Positions 36,637-49,476 of a DNA stretch of 64,000 nt are shown piece by piece (the stretch's first letter is position 1; every line of letters starts with the position of its first letter). The position numbers were made by a program, and so were the translations under genes. The notes under the pieces are model-generated. The model saw nothing but the letters and a program-made list of their open reading frames with translations, ran no database searches and was not told where the DNA came from. The stretch is from Eledone cirrhosa. Lineage: Eukaryota. Where the stretch lies: NCBI GenBank assembly GCA_964016885.1, contig OZ024740.1, forward strand, positions 240,808,001-240,872,000, written 5' to 3'.

Positions 36637-37245
36637 TGCTACTGGTAACATGTATCCCAGTACAACCTGCCTCATGGTCGGGTCGTTGGCGACTAAACTG
36701 GAAACCCCACCAAGGGTTCTTGGTGAGTAGGGTGACTTTGGACATCCTGCAGGACTAAAAACAAAACCTGTCAAAGGGCAAAGGAGCTCTTAAGAGTCAA
36801 TGGCCATCCAAAATCCCCGGGAGAGATGACCCCTTAGCCTTTGTCAAGGCAGAATTCTAGGAGAAGGAAAACTCTGATATAACACCTGCAACCCTGATGG
36901 TATCCAATGATGTTGACTTGTTTTTCTTTTTGGTAAATATGATCTTGGTTAAGAGAGTGGGACTGGCTTTGTGCTGTGCCTTTGCTCACTATAAAAGCTT
37001 CACGGCACAGGCATCGCTTTATATCTGGAGATCTCTCTGCACTTGTCGTCACATGGTACCATGGGCCCAGCACTATGTGTCAATAATTGTCACAGGTGTA
37101 GTGTTTGTACCAGACTTTTCAAGTCGCTGGCTGGACTAAAAAGTCACACCAGTTCAGCGCATCGGTAGGGGTTCTACATGGATATAAAGTAGTGGCCGTA
37201 CTCGAAAACGAGTTGGCAGCCACCATGTATGTATGTATGTATGTA
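36637..37245 (+). mobile_element. Bipartite non-autonomous RTE derivative, copy 1
   Basis: The 5' part resembles the RTE 5' UTR at 43090-43330. The 3' part encodes CSVCTRLFKSLAGLKSH*, like the RTE C-terminal finger, then a CTCG-AAAA-CGAG hairpin and a (TATG)n tail. Confidence 0.75.
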
Positions 37246-37655
37246 ATGTTCACTCCACCACCAGGGTAAGCATATATTGAGCCAAATATAATGGTGGATG
37301 GAACTAGGTTGGGTGTAGTTGGTACTTTTGTTTACCTGGGTAGTGCATTATCAAAGGATGGTTTATTGGATGCAGAAATACACCTGCGCATTCAGAAGGC
37401 CTCTGTAGCCTTCGGAAAACTTGAAAAGAGAGTGTGGGCGGATCATGGCATCAATATCAAGACCAAGATCTGAAAGCTTTGTTGTACACTTCGGAAACTT
37501 GGACAGTACATCGTAGACACCGTAATTTGCTTGAACACTTTAATCAAAAGTGTTTAAGACGAATCCTAAATATCAAATGGCAACAAAAAATATCTGACAC
37601 ACAAATCCTTATAGATGCTGGTTCCTCTCAAATGCGTTGGATAGGCCATATTGAG
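37246..37655 (+). mobile_element. RTE LINE internal fragment
   Basis: MFTPPPG*AYIEPNI, FVYLGS, RIQKASVAFGKL and LLYTSETWT. Confidence 0.8.
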
Positions 37656-37679
37656 ATACATATTACCTCTCCTCCTCCT

Positions 37680-38115
37680 CCTTCTTCCCGTTTGACCTGT
37701 GCGTAATTCTTTTCTTTCGCACCCTTGGTCTGGCAGGTCGCTTTTTCTCTCTCTCTCGTCTACGATTTCACGGAACTTACGTTCACCGAATTCACAGACT
37801 AGATCCCTTCTTCCTCCCGTTAGCCCTTACGGAATTCCTTCCTTGCTCACATTCCAACCAGGTTTGATGGTCTTTATTCTCTCTCGTTCACGATTTCACC
37901 GAATTTAAATTCATAGAAAGTTGGAACTTGACTCCTTCTTCCTCACTTTTCGTTGCTTCACCATTTTTGTTTGTTTACACTCGTGTCCCCTTTGTTTACA
38001 TGTCCCAACGACTTTTTTAGCCGTTGCTCGCACCAACCGGAGGTATATGGTCTTTAAAGCGATGAAATACTAATGATGGTTGGAAGATCACTGATGAAGG
38101 ACTAACTTTATTCAT
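37680..38115 (+). mobile_element. Non-coding repeat family (probable Penelope-like terminal repeat), copy 2
   Basis: Homologous to 41030-41485 and 588-900. Confidence 0.65.
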
Positions 38116-38137
38116 ATATATATATATATACACATAC

Positions 38138-38170
<33 letters not shown>

Positions 38171-38256
38171 CATATACATACACATATATATATATATATG
38201 CATAGACTCATACACACATACACACACATATATATACACATATATATACATATATA

Positions 38257-38395
<139 letters not shown>

Positions 38396-38430
38396 ATCTA
38401 TACGAACTTATGTCTAGTAGATTTGGAAAA

Positions 38431-38510
38431 GCCATCTGAAGAGCTATATCTTTCCATTGGAAATTCTCTGAATTTCCAATCTTTTGATAAGCGAAACCGT
38501 CGGTCATGGC
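38431..38510 (+). ncRNA. Type I hammerhead ribozyme, intact consensus, long stem II
   Basis: gccat-CTGAAGA-gct...attggaaattc(tct)gaatttccaat...agc-GAAA-ccg(t)cgg-TC-atggc, with a GUC cleavage triplet. Confidence 0.85.
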
Positions 38511-38580
38511 ACTAGAAGAGGTAAATATTTAAATCGTATTTTAATTTATTTGAAAGATTGTTTAATGTTTACTTCTTCCG

Positions 38581-38688
<108 letters not shown>

Positions 38689-38702
38689 TGTAATATATAT
38701 AT

Positions 38703-38737
<35 letters not shown>

Positions 38738-38759
38738 TAGGTGTTATGCAATAAATGCT

Positions 38760-39944
38760 TAGGGTTATTCTGAATGCAGTAATGGTTAATTACTACACTA
38801 GATAGAGTTTACGTACGATGAGGGGTTACTCAACGAGTTATGGAAGAATAGTCGGAAAAATTCAGTTTCTGATCCTTCTGTATTCCGGAGTGTAGATAAA
38901 GAATGAATAATAACAGGTAGACATCATAAAAAGGTAATTTATTCCGAGTGCTTACAAATGTTTCAACAGTAGTTATACAGCCTAGTCATGCTATGTGCAA
39001 ATTGATAATTATTTGTTTGCAGAAACTCAATTTTCAAATGCTGCTGCGACTACCATCTACTCAGAGCAGAATGGTTAAAAGGTAAATACCCTTGTATTTC
39101 TTAAAGGAAGTTATTGGGGAAGATAGAGTAGAAAAGGAAGAGAGAAAGAAGGGGAGAGAGAGAGATATAGAGAGAGATATGTAGGGGTTGGAGAAATGGG
39201 AGAGAGTGGGTTGAAGAATACAGATAGCTTAATCAAAATGTTGTGGTAGGGGTTTTATTATACTGTTTACTCTCAAGGTGACAGCCCTTAGGCATTGTGT
39301 TAATGTGGTCAAGATTGGGATTATTTATTGCCACAGCGAGCAGGTTCATAGATGTGGAGAGGGAGGGAGGGAGGTAGACCGAGGGCGAGAGAGAGGGAAA
39401 GAAAGAGAGATAGAGAGGAGACAGACGAAAGCTATGAGAAGGGGATACATCGAGTTCATAGTTGTAGTCTGCAAATCGCACTCAAGTATCCATTTATAAT
39501 GATAAGCAGAGTATTGGCTTGTAGTGTGGGGGTGGGGGATATAGTTAGGAAGTAGTTACTGAGAGAAATTAGTTAGCGAGAAAGCGATGTTGTAGTCTCG
39601 GGTTCGAATGTGAAGTTATTTTATAGTGAGAGAATTTAGCCTTCAGTTTGTGGTTGCAGTATAACGATCGTTCGATTCTGTCATTTAGTAATTTGTTTTT
39701 GGATTTTAAGATATAAAAGATTTCAAGGTTGCATAATCTGCAGTACTTCAATCCACTCCGATATGCACTAGCGCTGGATAATTTATCCCATTTCAAGGTG
39801 AACTGCCGGTTGCATTCTCGGAGTTGCCAGATCTTATTGGCGAGTGTAATCACAAGACGGTGTTTAGGATGCTTAATCGAAAATCGATGACGATACCAGC
39901 GAGATTTAAAGGAGGTACTAGTAGACCCAATGTAATACCATACA

Positions 39945-39945
<1 letters not shown>
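38760..39945 (-). mobile_element. Penelope-like (Naiad-type) 3' fragment: GIY-YIG ORF 39569-39949 plus 3' region with hammerhead-like motif (38949-39068)
   Basis: YYIGST...FKSRW...CRLCNLE...LLN...CNH; then tgct-CTGAGTA-gatggtagt...actactgtt-GAAA-catttg-TA-agca. Flanked by (TA)n. Confidence 0.8.
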
Positions 39946-40001
<56 letters not shown>

Positions 40002-40143
40002 ATAATAATAAATGTGAAGACTAAAATCCAAAGGGGGCTCGATTAGGAGATAAATATATATATCAAATATATGTTCTAGATTATTACTGGAATTCTATAA
40101 GAACCCAGCTTCTATAATCTTCAGCGAAAGCGGGGAGTACGTT

Positions 40144-40186
40144 GCTCTGATGATCGCCAACAACGTGAAACAGACAGTTTGTTAGC
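40144..40186 (+). ncRNA. Minimal hammerhead motif
   Basis: gct-CTGATGA-tcg(ccaacaa)cgt-GAAA-cagacagtttg-TT-agc. Confidence 0.6.
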
Positions 40187-40374
40187 TTCTCTCCCTTCTA
40201 TCGCCGAAGAAAAGAAGTAAGTGACATAGTCACTACTTTAAAACTGACTGCGTAAGGTCTTCAAAATGTTTTTAATTAAGCATACGGTATATTACCAAAT
40301 ATACTATACATACATTCATGTATACATCGCTATTTCAGAGCACCAATCCTAATACCATAGATATGTATATATAT

Positions 40375-40457
<83 letters not shown>

Positions 40458-40459
<2 letters not shown>

Positions 40460-41480
40460 CTCTCTCTCTTTCGTCTGCGACTTCACAAAACTTGCGTTTA
40501 CCGAATTCGTAGACCAGTTTTCGTTCTCTCTCTCTCCCTTTTCCCCCCTGTCGAACTTGGGCGAAATTCTTTCCTTGCTCACATTTCTACCAGGTTCGAT
40601 GGTCTTTCGTCTCTTGTTCACGATTTCACAGAGTTTATATTCATAGAGATCTGGGACTTGTCTATTTCTACTCACTTTCCGTTGCTATAACCCTTTTGTT
40701 GTTACTCTAATGTCCCCCCCTTATTTACGTGTCCCAACGACTTTTTTTAGCCGTTGTTCGCACCAACCTGAGGCATATGGCCCTTAAAGCGATGAAATGC
40801 CGAGGACGGTTGGAGGGTCACTGATGAGGACTCACTTTTTCATATGTATCCCATTTGCAACGCCGCAGCTCCATTATCACCATATTTACACATATACTTT
40901 CCATGCTGCCTGTCTGTTTCGTTCCTTGTATCTCTACCACTTTTAGCAGTTTCCTCTCTGTTACCCTCTCCTCAACTTTCACTCACTCATTCTCTGTCAC
41001 TACCTCTCCTCCTCCTCTTTCCTCCTCCTCCTTCAAGTTTGACCTGTGTGTAATTCTTTTCTCGCGCAGTCTTGACCGAGCTGGTAATAATTTTTTTTCT
41101 CTCTCTCTTTCGTCTGCGACTTCACAAAACTTGCGTTTACCGAATTCGTAGACCAGTTTTCGTTCTCTCTCTCTCTCTCCTTTTTCCCCCCTGTCGAACT
41201 TGGGCGAAATTCTTTCCTTGCTCACATTTCTACCAGGTTCGATGGTCTTTCGTCTCTTGTTCACGATTTCACAGAGTTTATATTCATAGAGATCTGGGAC
41301 TTGTCTATTTCTACTCACTTTCCGTTGCTATAACCCTTTTGTTGTTACTCTAATGTCCCCCCCTTATTTACGTGTCCCAACGACTTTTTTTAGCCGTTGT
41401 TCGCACCAACCTGAGGCATATGGCCCTTAAAGCGATGAAATGCCGAGGACGGTTGGAGGGTCACTGATGAGGACTCACTT

Positions 41481-41485
<5 letters not shown>
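40458..41485 (+). mobile_element. Partial tandem pair of the non-coding repeat family (40458-40845 and 40846-41485)
   Basis: About 385 bp near-identical direct repeats, between (TA)n tracts. Partial tandems are typical of Penelope-like insertions. Confidence 0.8.
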
Positions 41486-41536
<51 letters not shown>

Positions 41537-41636
41537 ATGTATGTATATATATATGTATGTATATATATATATATATCATAACGGCGATGAATTAGTTTTG
41601 CGAGGTTTTTTATATGAAATCGTGTGTCGAAACAAA

Positions 41637-41980
41637 TATTGTTATACTTGGGGAGGGTCGTATTTGTGTAATATTGCCAGAATTAATAAAGATGGCGTAG
41701 ACATACAATGTAACGGGAGGAAACAATAGCACCACTGACGATGTTGCAGATGTGCAACGAAAGAACTTTGATAATATATATATATGTGTTTGTGTCTATA
41801 TTGTATCTGTATTATTTTTTACCGTTGGTCAGTCAATGGCAACATTGAGGACCGAATAAATTAGATTACCGATATAAAAGACACAGAAGCGAAAAGCGAA
41901 AACCAACCAAACGGTGAGTGTGTTCTGTTATTAATTCTGGCAATATTACACAAATATGACCCTCCCCAAGTATAACAATA
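41637..41980 (+). mobile_element. Short hammerhead-bearing element, copy B, with 53-bp inverted ends
   Basis: Arms 41637-41689 and 41928-41980 (one mismatch); CTGACGA-t-gttgca(gatg)tgcaac-GAAA-gaac-TT at 41735-41768. Confidence 0.7.
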
Positions 41981-41991
41981 TATATATATCC

Positions 41992-43030
<1,039 letters not shown>

Positions 43031-43059
43031 TTTTTTTTTTGTTTTTTTTTTTTTGCGCG

Positions 43060-46000
43060 GGGACATAGAAATAATCGGGCTGGATGCTCGATCGCGCAGT
43101 TAAACCACTGGGAGTGAAGAACCCCTAGCCCTTGTCAGGGCATTCTTCTAGGAGAAGGCATCTCAGGAAACTGGGTTAATTCCGATATAAAACCTGCGGC
43201 TCAGTAGTTACCGATGATGTTGATCTTTTCTTCTTTTCGGGTTATAGCTACTGTCTCTCAGAGAGTGGGATTGGCTCAGTGCACAGTCTTTCCTCACTTT
43301 AAAAATATTCGTCACGCACAGGCATTGCACAAGTGCATTAATAATTATTAATAGTGTACTATTATTATTATTATTATTACTAATATTACTTTTTTTTTTT
43401 TTTCCCAATCCAGAACAATGTAAAATAGATAATTGGCAATTTAGGTTCTGGAACAAAAAAGATCATTGGCAATAAGGGCAGGGGCCCCAAGTTATCACAG
43501 CCTGGGCCCGCTCGTCATCGTGCCATTGTAATAGAGCCAAACAAGGCATTTAGTCTTGGCTGCTGGAACGTACGGACGCTGCTTGACAGGGATTCCTTGG
43601 AGCGTCCTGAACGAAGGACCGCTCTTGTTGCAAAGGAGCTTCGACGTTACGATCTTGACATCGTGGCTTTATCTGAGACGAGGTTAGCTGGAGATGGTCA
43701 TCTTACGGAATTTGTGGAGAATATACATTCTTCTGGAAAGGAAGAGATGAAGGAACCAGAAGAGAGGCTGGGGTAGGATTTGCTGTTAAGACTGTACTTG
43801 TGAATAAATTAGAAGAATTCTCGGAGTTGCCAGGTCTTATTGGCGAGTGTAATCACAAGACGGTGTTTAGTGAGCGTCTTATGTCCATGAGAGTTCCGCT
43901 GGACAAGGGAAGATATGCTACCCTGGTGAGTGTGTATGCTCCAACTATGAATTCTGTCGATGAAGAAAAACTGTCCTTTTACCATGCCTTGAAAGGTGTT
44001 CTAAGAAATATCCCTCAGGCAGACAAAGTCATCGTGCTTGGTGACTTTAATGCTAGAGTGGGTAGGGATTTTAACACATGGAATGTAATCGGAAGGCATG
44101 GGGTGGGAAAGTGTAACAACAATGGTATGCTCCTGCTGCAGATGTGTGAGGAGCTGGATCTGTGTGTTACCAACACCATTTTCCAACAAAAGAACAAATT
44201 CAAGACCACATGGATGCATCCTGCATCTAAGGAATGGCATCTTTTGGACTACGTCCTAGTCAGGATGCGTGACAGACAGGATGTGCAGTGTGTTCGTGTT
44301 CTTCGTGGAGCTGAGTGCTGGACGGACCACCGCCTGGTACGCGCAAAAGTGAAACTAATCACCAAACGTAAAATCCGGGCTCCTGGTGTTACCCTGCCCA
44401 AAAGATTGAATGCTGCTCGTCTTAAGGATAAAAATGTGAAGAGGACATTGGAAGAAGAGATGCAGGCTGCAGATCTTGGTGAGGATTGGCCGACCCTTAA
44501 AAAGTCGGTTTATGATGTGGGCAGGCGTGTTCTGGAATTGGTGCAGAGAAAACATCAGGACTGGTTTAATGAGAATGATGTACATATAGAAGACTTGTTG
44601 GCTGATAAGAGGCGTGCTCTGTCACGCTACTTGACGGCAAAACCACAGGAGAGGAATACGTTGCATGAGGAGCTCAGGGATGTAAAATCACGTGTTAGGC
44701 GGAGTCTTTCTCAGATGAAGGATCAGTGGTGGAGTGAGAAGGCTGGTGAGATACAAACTGCGTCTGATTCCAATAACACAAAGCTGTTGTACAGTCTCTT
44801 GCGTGAGGTTTATGGACCGTCTTCTTCTCTGGTGACACCGCTTCGCAGCAAGGATGGCAAAGAACTTCTTCGTGACTCACAGGGAATTATACGAAGGTGG
44901 CGAGAACACTTTGATGATGTTTTGAATCAGCCGTCTGTCGTCAGTGAAGATTTCCTCAATCTCATTCCAGAAAGTCCTGTGAAAGTAGCTCTCGCAGAAC
45001 CCCCGACGCTTGTGGAGGTTGCAGTGGCTATTTCGAAGCTGAACAGTGGAAGATCTCCAGGTATGGATGGCATACATGCTGAGCTCCTACAATATGGTGG
45101 TGAGAGACTCCTGCAACATCTGCACTCTTTGTTTGGAAGGATATGGGCTAATGAATCCGTACCTGAGGACTGGAGAGATGCAGTAACGGTGGTCTTGTAC
45201 AAGGGAAAGGGTAACAGGAATGATTGTGGGAACTACAGAGGTATATCATTGCTTTCTGTCGTAGGGAAAGTTTTATGTAGGGTGCTTCTGGACCGTCTGC
45301 TGACACACATTGCAGATTGTGTTCTTCCTGAAAGTCAATCTGGTTTTCGTGCTGCACGCGGCACTACTGATATGATCTTCTCAGCTAGACAGCTCCAGGA
45401 GAAGTGCATTGAACAAGGCTTGGATCTGTATCAGGTTTTTGTCGATCTGACAAAGGCTTTCGATACTGTCAACAGAGAGGCATTGTGGAAGGTTCTCCAG
45501 AAACTTGGTTGCCCTGATAAGTTCCTTGCTTTAGTTAGGTCTTTCCATGACGACATGAGGGCTTGGGTTAATATCGGAGGTAACATGTCGGAGCCTATCT
45601 CAGTAAAACATGGAGTGAAACAGGGGGATATTCCAGCACCGACCCTGTTTGCCATATACTTTGCAATGGTTTTCTGTATTGCATTCAGGAATTGCGAGCA
45701 TGGTGTTTACATCCGATATTGAACCTCAGGCAGCATATTTAACATCAGGCGCTTTGCTGCGAAGACAAAAGTGTTTACATCAATAATAAGAGACCTCTTG
45801 TATGCAGATGATTGCGATCTTGTAGCGCACACAGAGAGTGATATGCAGCACATTTTGAATGCATTTTCTGACGCTTGCACTGCCCTGGGTTTGACTGTCA
45901 GTCTCAAGAAAACCGTCGTCATGTACCAACCTGCCCCTAGTAAGCAGTACACTGAACCAAACATCTATGTGTATGGCAAACGACTTGGAGTGGTTGATCA

Positions 46001-46988
46001 GTTTGTCTACTTGGGAAGCACTGTCAATCGATATGGCAACCTTGACCGTGAAATCTCACTTAGGATTAGGAAAGCAAGTGATGCTTTCGGAAAGCTAGAA
46101 AGGCGACTCTGGGGTCGGCGAGACATATGCAGGAGGACAAAGGCAAAGGTGTACAGGGCATGTGTACTCTCTTGTCTTCTTTATGCCTGCGAGACCTGGG
46201 TCACATATCGACACCACCTTAAGCAATTGGAGCGTTTCCATCAGATGTGTCTCAGATGGATCCATGGTGTTCACTGGAGGGACCACATCAGTGATGTCGA
46301 GATTTTGGAAAGCTCTATGTGTGACAGTATAGAAGCTCTTGTGCTTAAGCAACGACTCCGTTGGAGTGGTCACCTTGCCAGGATGAAGGATTCTAGAATA
46401 CCAAAACAATTCTTCTATGGAGAGTTGGTTAAAGGAAAACGACCGCCACATAAACCAAAAAAGAGGTATAAGGATTCCTTGAAAGCCTCTCTGAAAGACG
46501 CTAACATCTCTGCTGATACATGGGAAAATGTTGCTGCTGATCGTAATAAATGGAGAAAGACTGTATATGAGGGAAAAGTTGCCTTTGAGGCATCTCGAAT
46601 CGCACACGAGAAAGTAAAGCGGGATGTGAGGAAGGGCATTGCTGTTGCACTTCCAGACGGCGAGGGTCCTCCTATGGTGCTGACATGCAGCGTCTGTGCG
46701 AGACTCTGCCTAAGCAAAGCTGGACTCGAAAGTCATCTTCGCAGTCATAAAGTAAGACCAGTGGTTGACTACCAGGCTGCTGTTGGAGATGCTACTCATC
46801 ATGCTTGCCAAACATGTGGTAGGGAATGAAAATCAGCAGGAGGGCTCAAGCGACATGCAAAAGTACACGAACTCCAACCACAGCCGACTATTCCCAGTGA
46901 ATGTTTTGGTTGCCGACTTTGTGCAAGACATTGTAGATCATTGGCCGGGCTAAAAAGCCACATTCGATCGCAGCACTGTTAGTTGTTA

Positions 46989-46990
<2 letters not shown>
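43060..46990 (+). mobile_element. Near full-length RTE (BovB-like) LINE with few inactivating lesions
   Basis: WNVRTLLD, ALSETR, VYAPT, GDFNARVG, WTDH, FVDLTKAFD, GVKQG and LLYADD; three C-terminal C2H2 fingers. Frameshift near 43720 and TGA stops at 45720 and 46827. Confidence 0.92.
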
Positions 46991-47026
<36 letters not shown>

Positions 47027-47091
47027 GTTTATGTGCGTGCGTGTGTGTGTATATATATATGAATATGTATATCATTATTGTTGTTGTCGTT

Positions 47092-49100
47092 CAACCTCCA
47101 CCTCATGCGATACATCATAGAGAGGGTACCTAAGGAACCTGGCACGGGTGGGTCCTTGATCAATTTAGATCAGTCGAAAGCTTTCGATAGGGTCGACCAT
47201 CGTTACCTAGCGGCAGTCCTGAGGGCGGCTGGCTTTGGGCCCGTCTTCAGAGGCTGGATCGCTGCCATGCACAGCGACATCTGCTCTGTGGTGAGAGTGA
47301 ACGGTCACCTGTCGGAACTGTTCAACATCATGCGCTCGGTCTGCCAAGGATGTCCCCTCTCGTCCCTCTTGTACGTATCGACTCTCGAGCCATTACTGCA
47401 CAAACTGGAGACGTTGAGGGGAGTCCCGCGCGAACTAGGATGCGGAAGATCCGTGTCAGCATATGCGGACGGTGTCACCGTAGTGGTGTCGAACGCCAAA
47501 CATATCGAGGCGATCGGCACTACACTAAGAGAATACGAAGCGGTGACAGGAGCAATGATCAACCAGGAAAAGTCAGTGGGCCTGCAGCTCGGCACCTGGA
47601 GAGGCAGGTCCATGCCGTCCAACAGCGTCGTCGGACGCTGGACGGACGGACCGGTTAAATTGCTAGGGGTCTGGTTCGGTCCGGACCTCCAGACGGACAA
47701 AAACTGGGACGAGGTGACGAGCAGGGTGGCTTCTCTCACCCAGAAATGGGAGGAGAGGAAGCTATCCCTGAAAGGTCGAGCGGAGGTGGATAACGCGTAC
47801 ATCGCGTCTGTCATCTGCTACCGCCTGACCGTCGTACCTTGTCCTAAGCCTCGCCTGACTGCGCTGGAGTGTTTGCTCTTTCGCTTTTTGTGGAAGGGAC
47901 GTGCTCCGATGGCCAGGCGGTCCATCTGTTGTCAACACCCGCTACGTGGAGGGCTGGGCATGCCGTGGCTGATGATGCGCAGGCACGCGCTCAGGCTACG
48001 ACATCTCCACCTCTTCCTCGACGGTGATCAGGTGTGGTCGCCGTTTGCTAGACACGTATTTCCCCAGCTCGTTTCCTTGACGGAGCTGCAGTCCTGGGTC
48101 AAGCGAAGACCGAGAGGGAGCGCCTGGAGACTGGAATGTCTTCAGGCGCTCACAGCCCTCGACCAATCGGGCAATGTGATCGGTGGAAACTCCACCTCGG
48201 CGTTCTATAGAGGATTAGTGGAGGGGAAGAGCGACGACGTACTTGGGGAAACTCTAGGCGTCGACGAATATCAACTAGCCAATCTCTTCGGAAGAACTTT
48301 CGGGCCAGGGCCTATGGACAACTTCCAGAAATCTCTGGCCTGGCAGTGCTACCGAGGAGCCTTGCCAGTTCGGGATAAACTCTACAGGCATGGAGGTGCC
48401 GTCAGCCGGGCATGTCCGAGATGCGCGCAGGGCGACGAAACCGTCCTGCACGCACTCGTCCAGTGTCCGAAAATTGCTGACTTGTGGGTTTATGTCGAAC
48501 ACCTGCTGTCGCGTTTAGGACAGATCCGGCTATCATCTGAGTCCATCGTGAGGATTGCCCTACCCTCCTCCTTTAGCCGGGAAGGGCAGGCAAATTTTAT
48601 CTGCCCGGTGGCCATGGCGAAAGAGATAGTATGGTGGACACGTTTGAAAGGGCTGAAGACGAGCACTTACCTCTTCGGTGATGCTCTGATTGACTTTTTC
48701 AAATTTCATTTGAAAAGGAAAATCAGAGTAGAGAGGGAAGTGCTCTCTTCCCAGCATTTTGTTGAAAGATGGGTGAGAGAAGCAAGAATGGCCCGAGTAA
48801 ATGGGCCTACTCTGAGTATATATCTGTAAATTAAAGGTGGAAAACTGGGAGAGGGCACTTACCTTGGTGGTCAGGGTCATTGTGGCTTTTTACTGGGCTT
48901 TCTCCACCAATGTCCCTCCGAAGTCTCCCCCCTATTGGGGAATTTATTATTGTTATTTTTTGTTACATCCTCAGTTTTTGTTTTTTACACGCAGAAATGC
49001 CCATTTGTACCGTCCTGCATTGTCCTGCACTGTCCTTAATGTCTACTTTATGTAAACCCTTGTGGTTAATAAAGAAAACATTATTATTATTATTGTTATT
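47092..49100 (+). mobile_element. 5'-truncated L1/Tx1-type LINE
   Basis: Highly similar to 53286-55265. The catalytic YADD is changed to YADG; it ends AATAAAGAAAAC(ATT)n. Confidence 0.92.
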
Positions 49101-49174
49101 AATGTATGTGTGTGTGTGTGTGTGTATATGTGTGTGTGTATGTGTATGTATGTGTGTATGTATATGTGTGTATG

Positions 49175-49215
<41 letters not shown>

Positions 49216-49476
49216 TTTTTTTTATTTATTTATTTATTTATTATTATTATTATTATTATTGAATGCTATGGTTGACGGAGGCTCGGCTCTGTAAGGTACT
49301 GTAAATTTTGAACGCTATAACAATTGTAAATTGTTTAAAACTTAGACCAACTTGTAGACAAAAACACCCTCCTCCTCGTGAGAGGGGTCTTTCTGCCCGT
49401 TATTTGGCCCTTCGGGGTTAAATAACTGCTTATTGGGGTTTTATACCCAATATTTATTTTAAACAAAAAAATCAAC

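Noticed and set aside
40760-40815. SECIS-like or type II hammerhead fold in the repeat family hairpin
   Set aside because: The GA quartet and AA spacing are not conserved across copies, and the flanks cannot form stem II.
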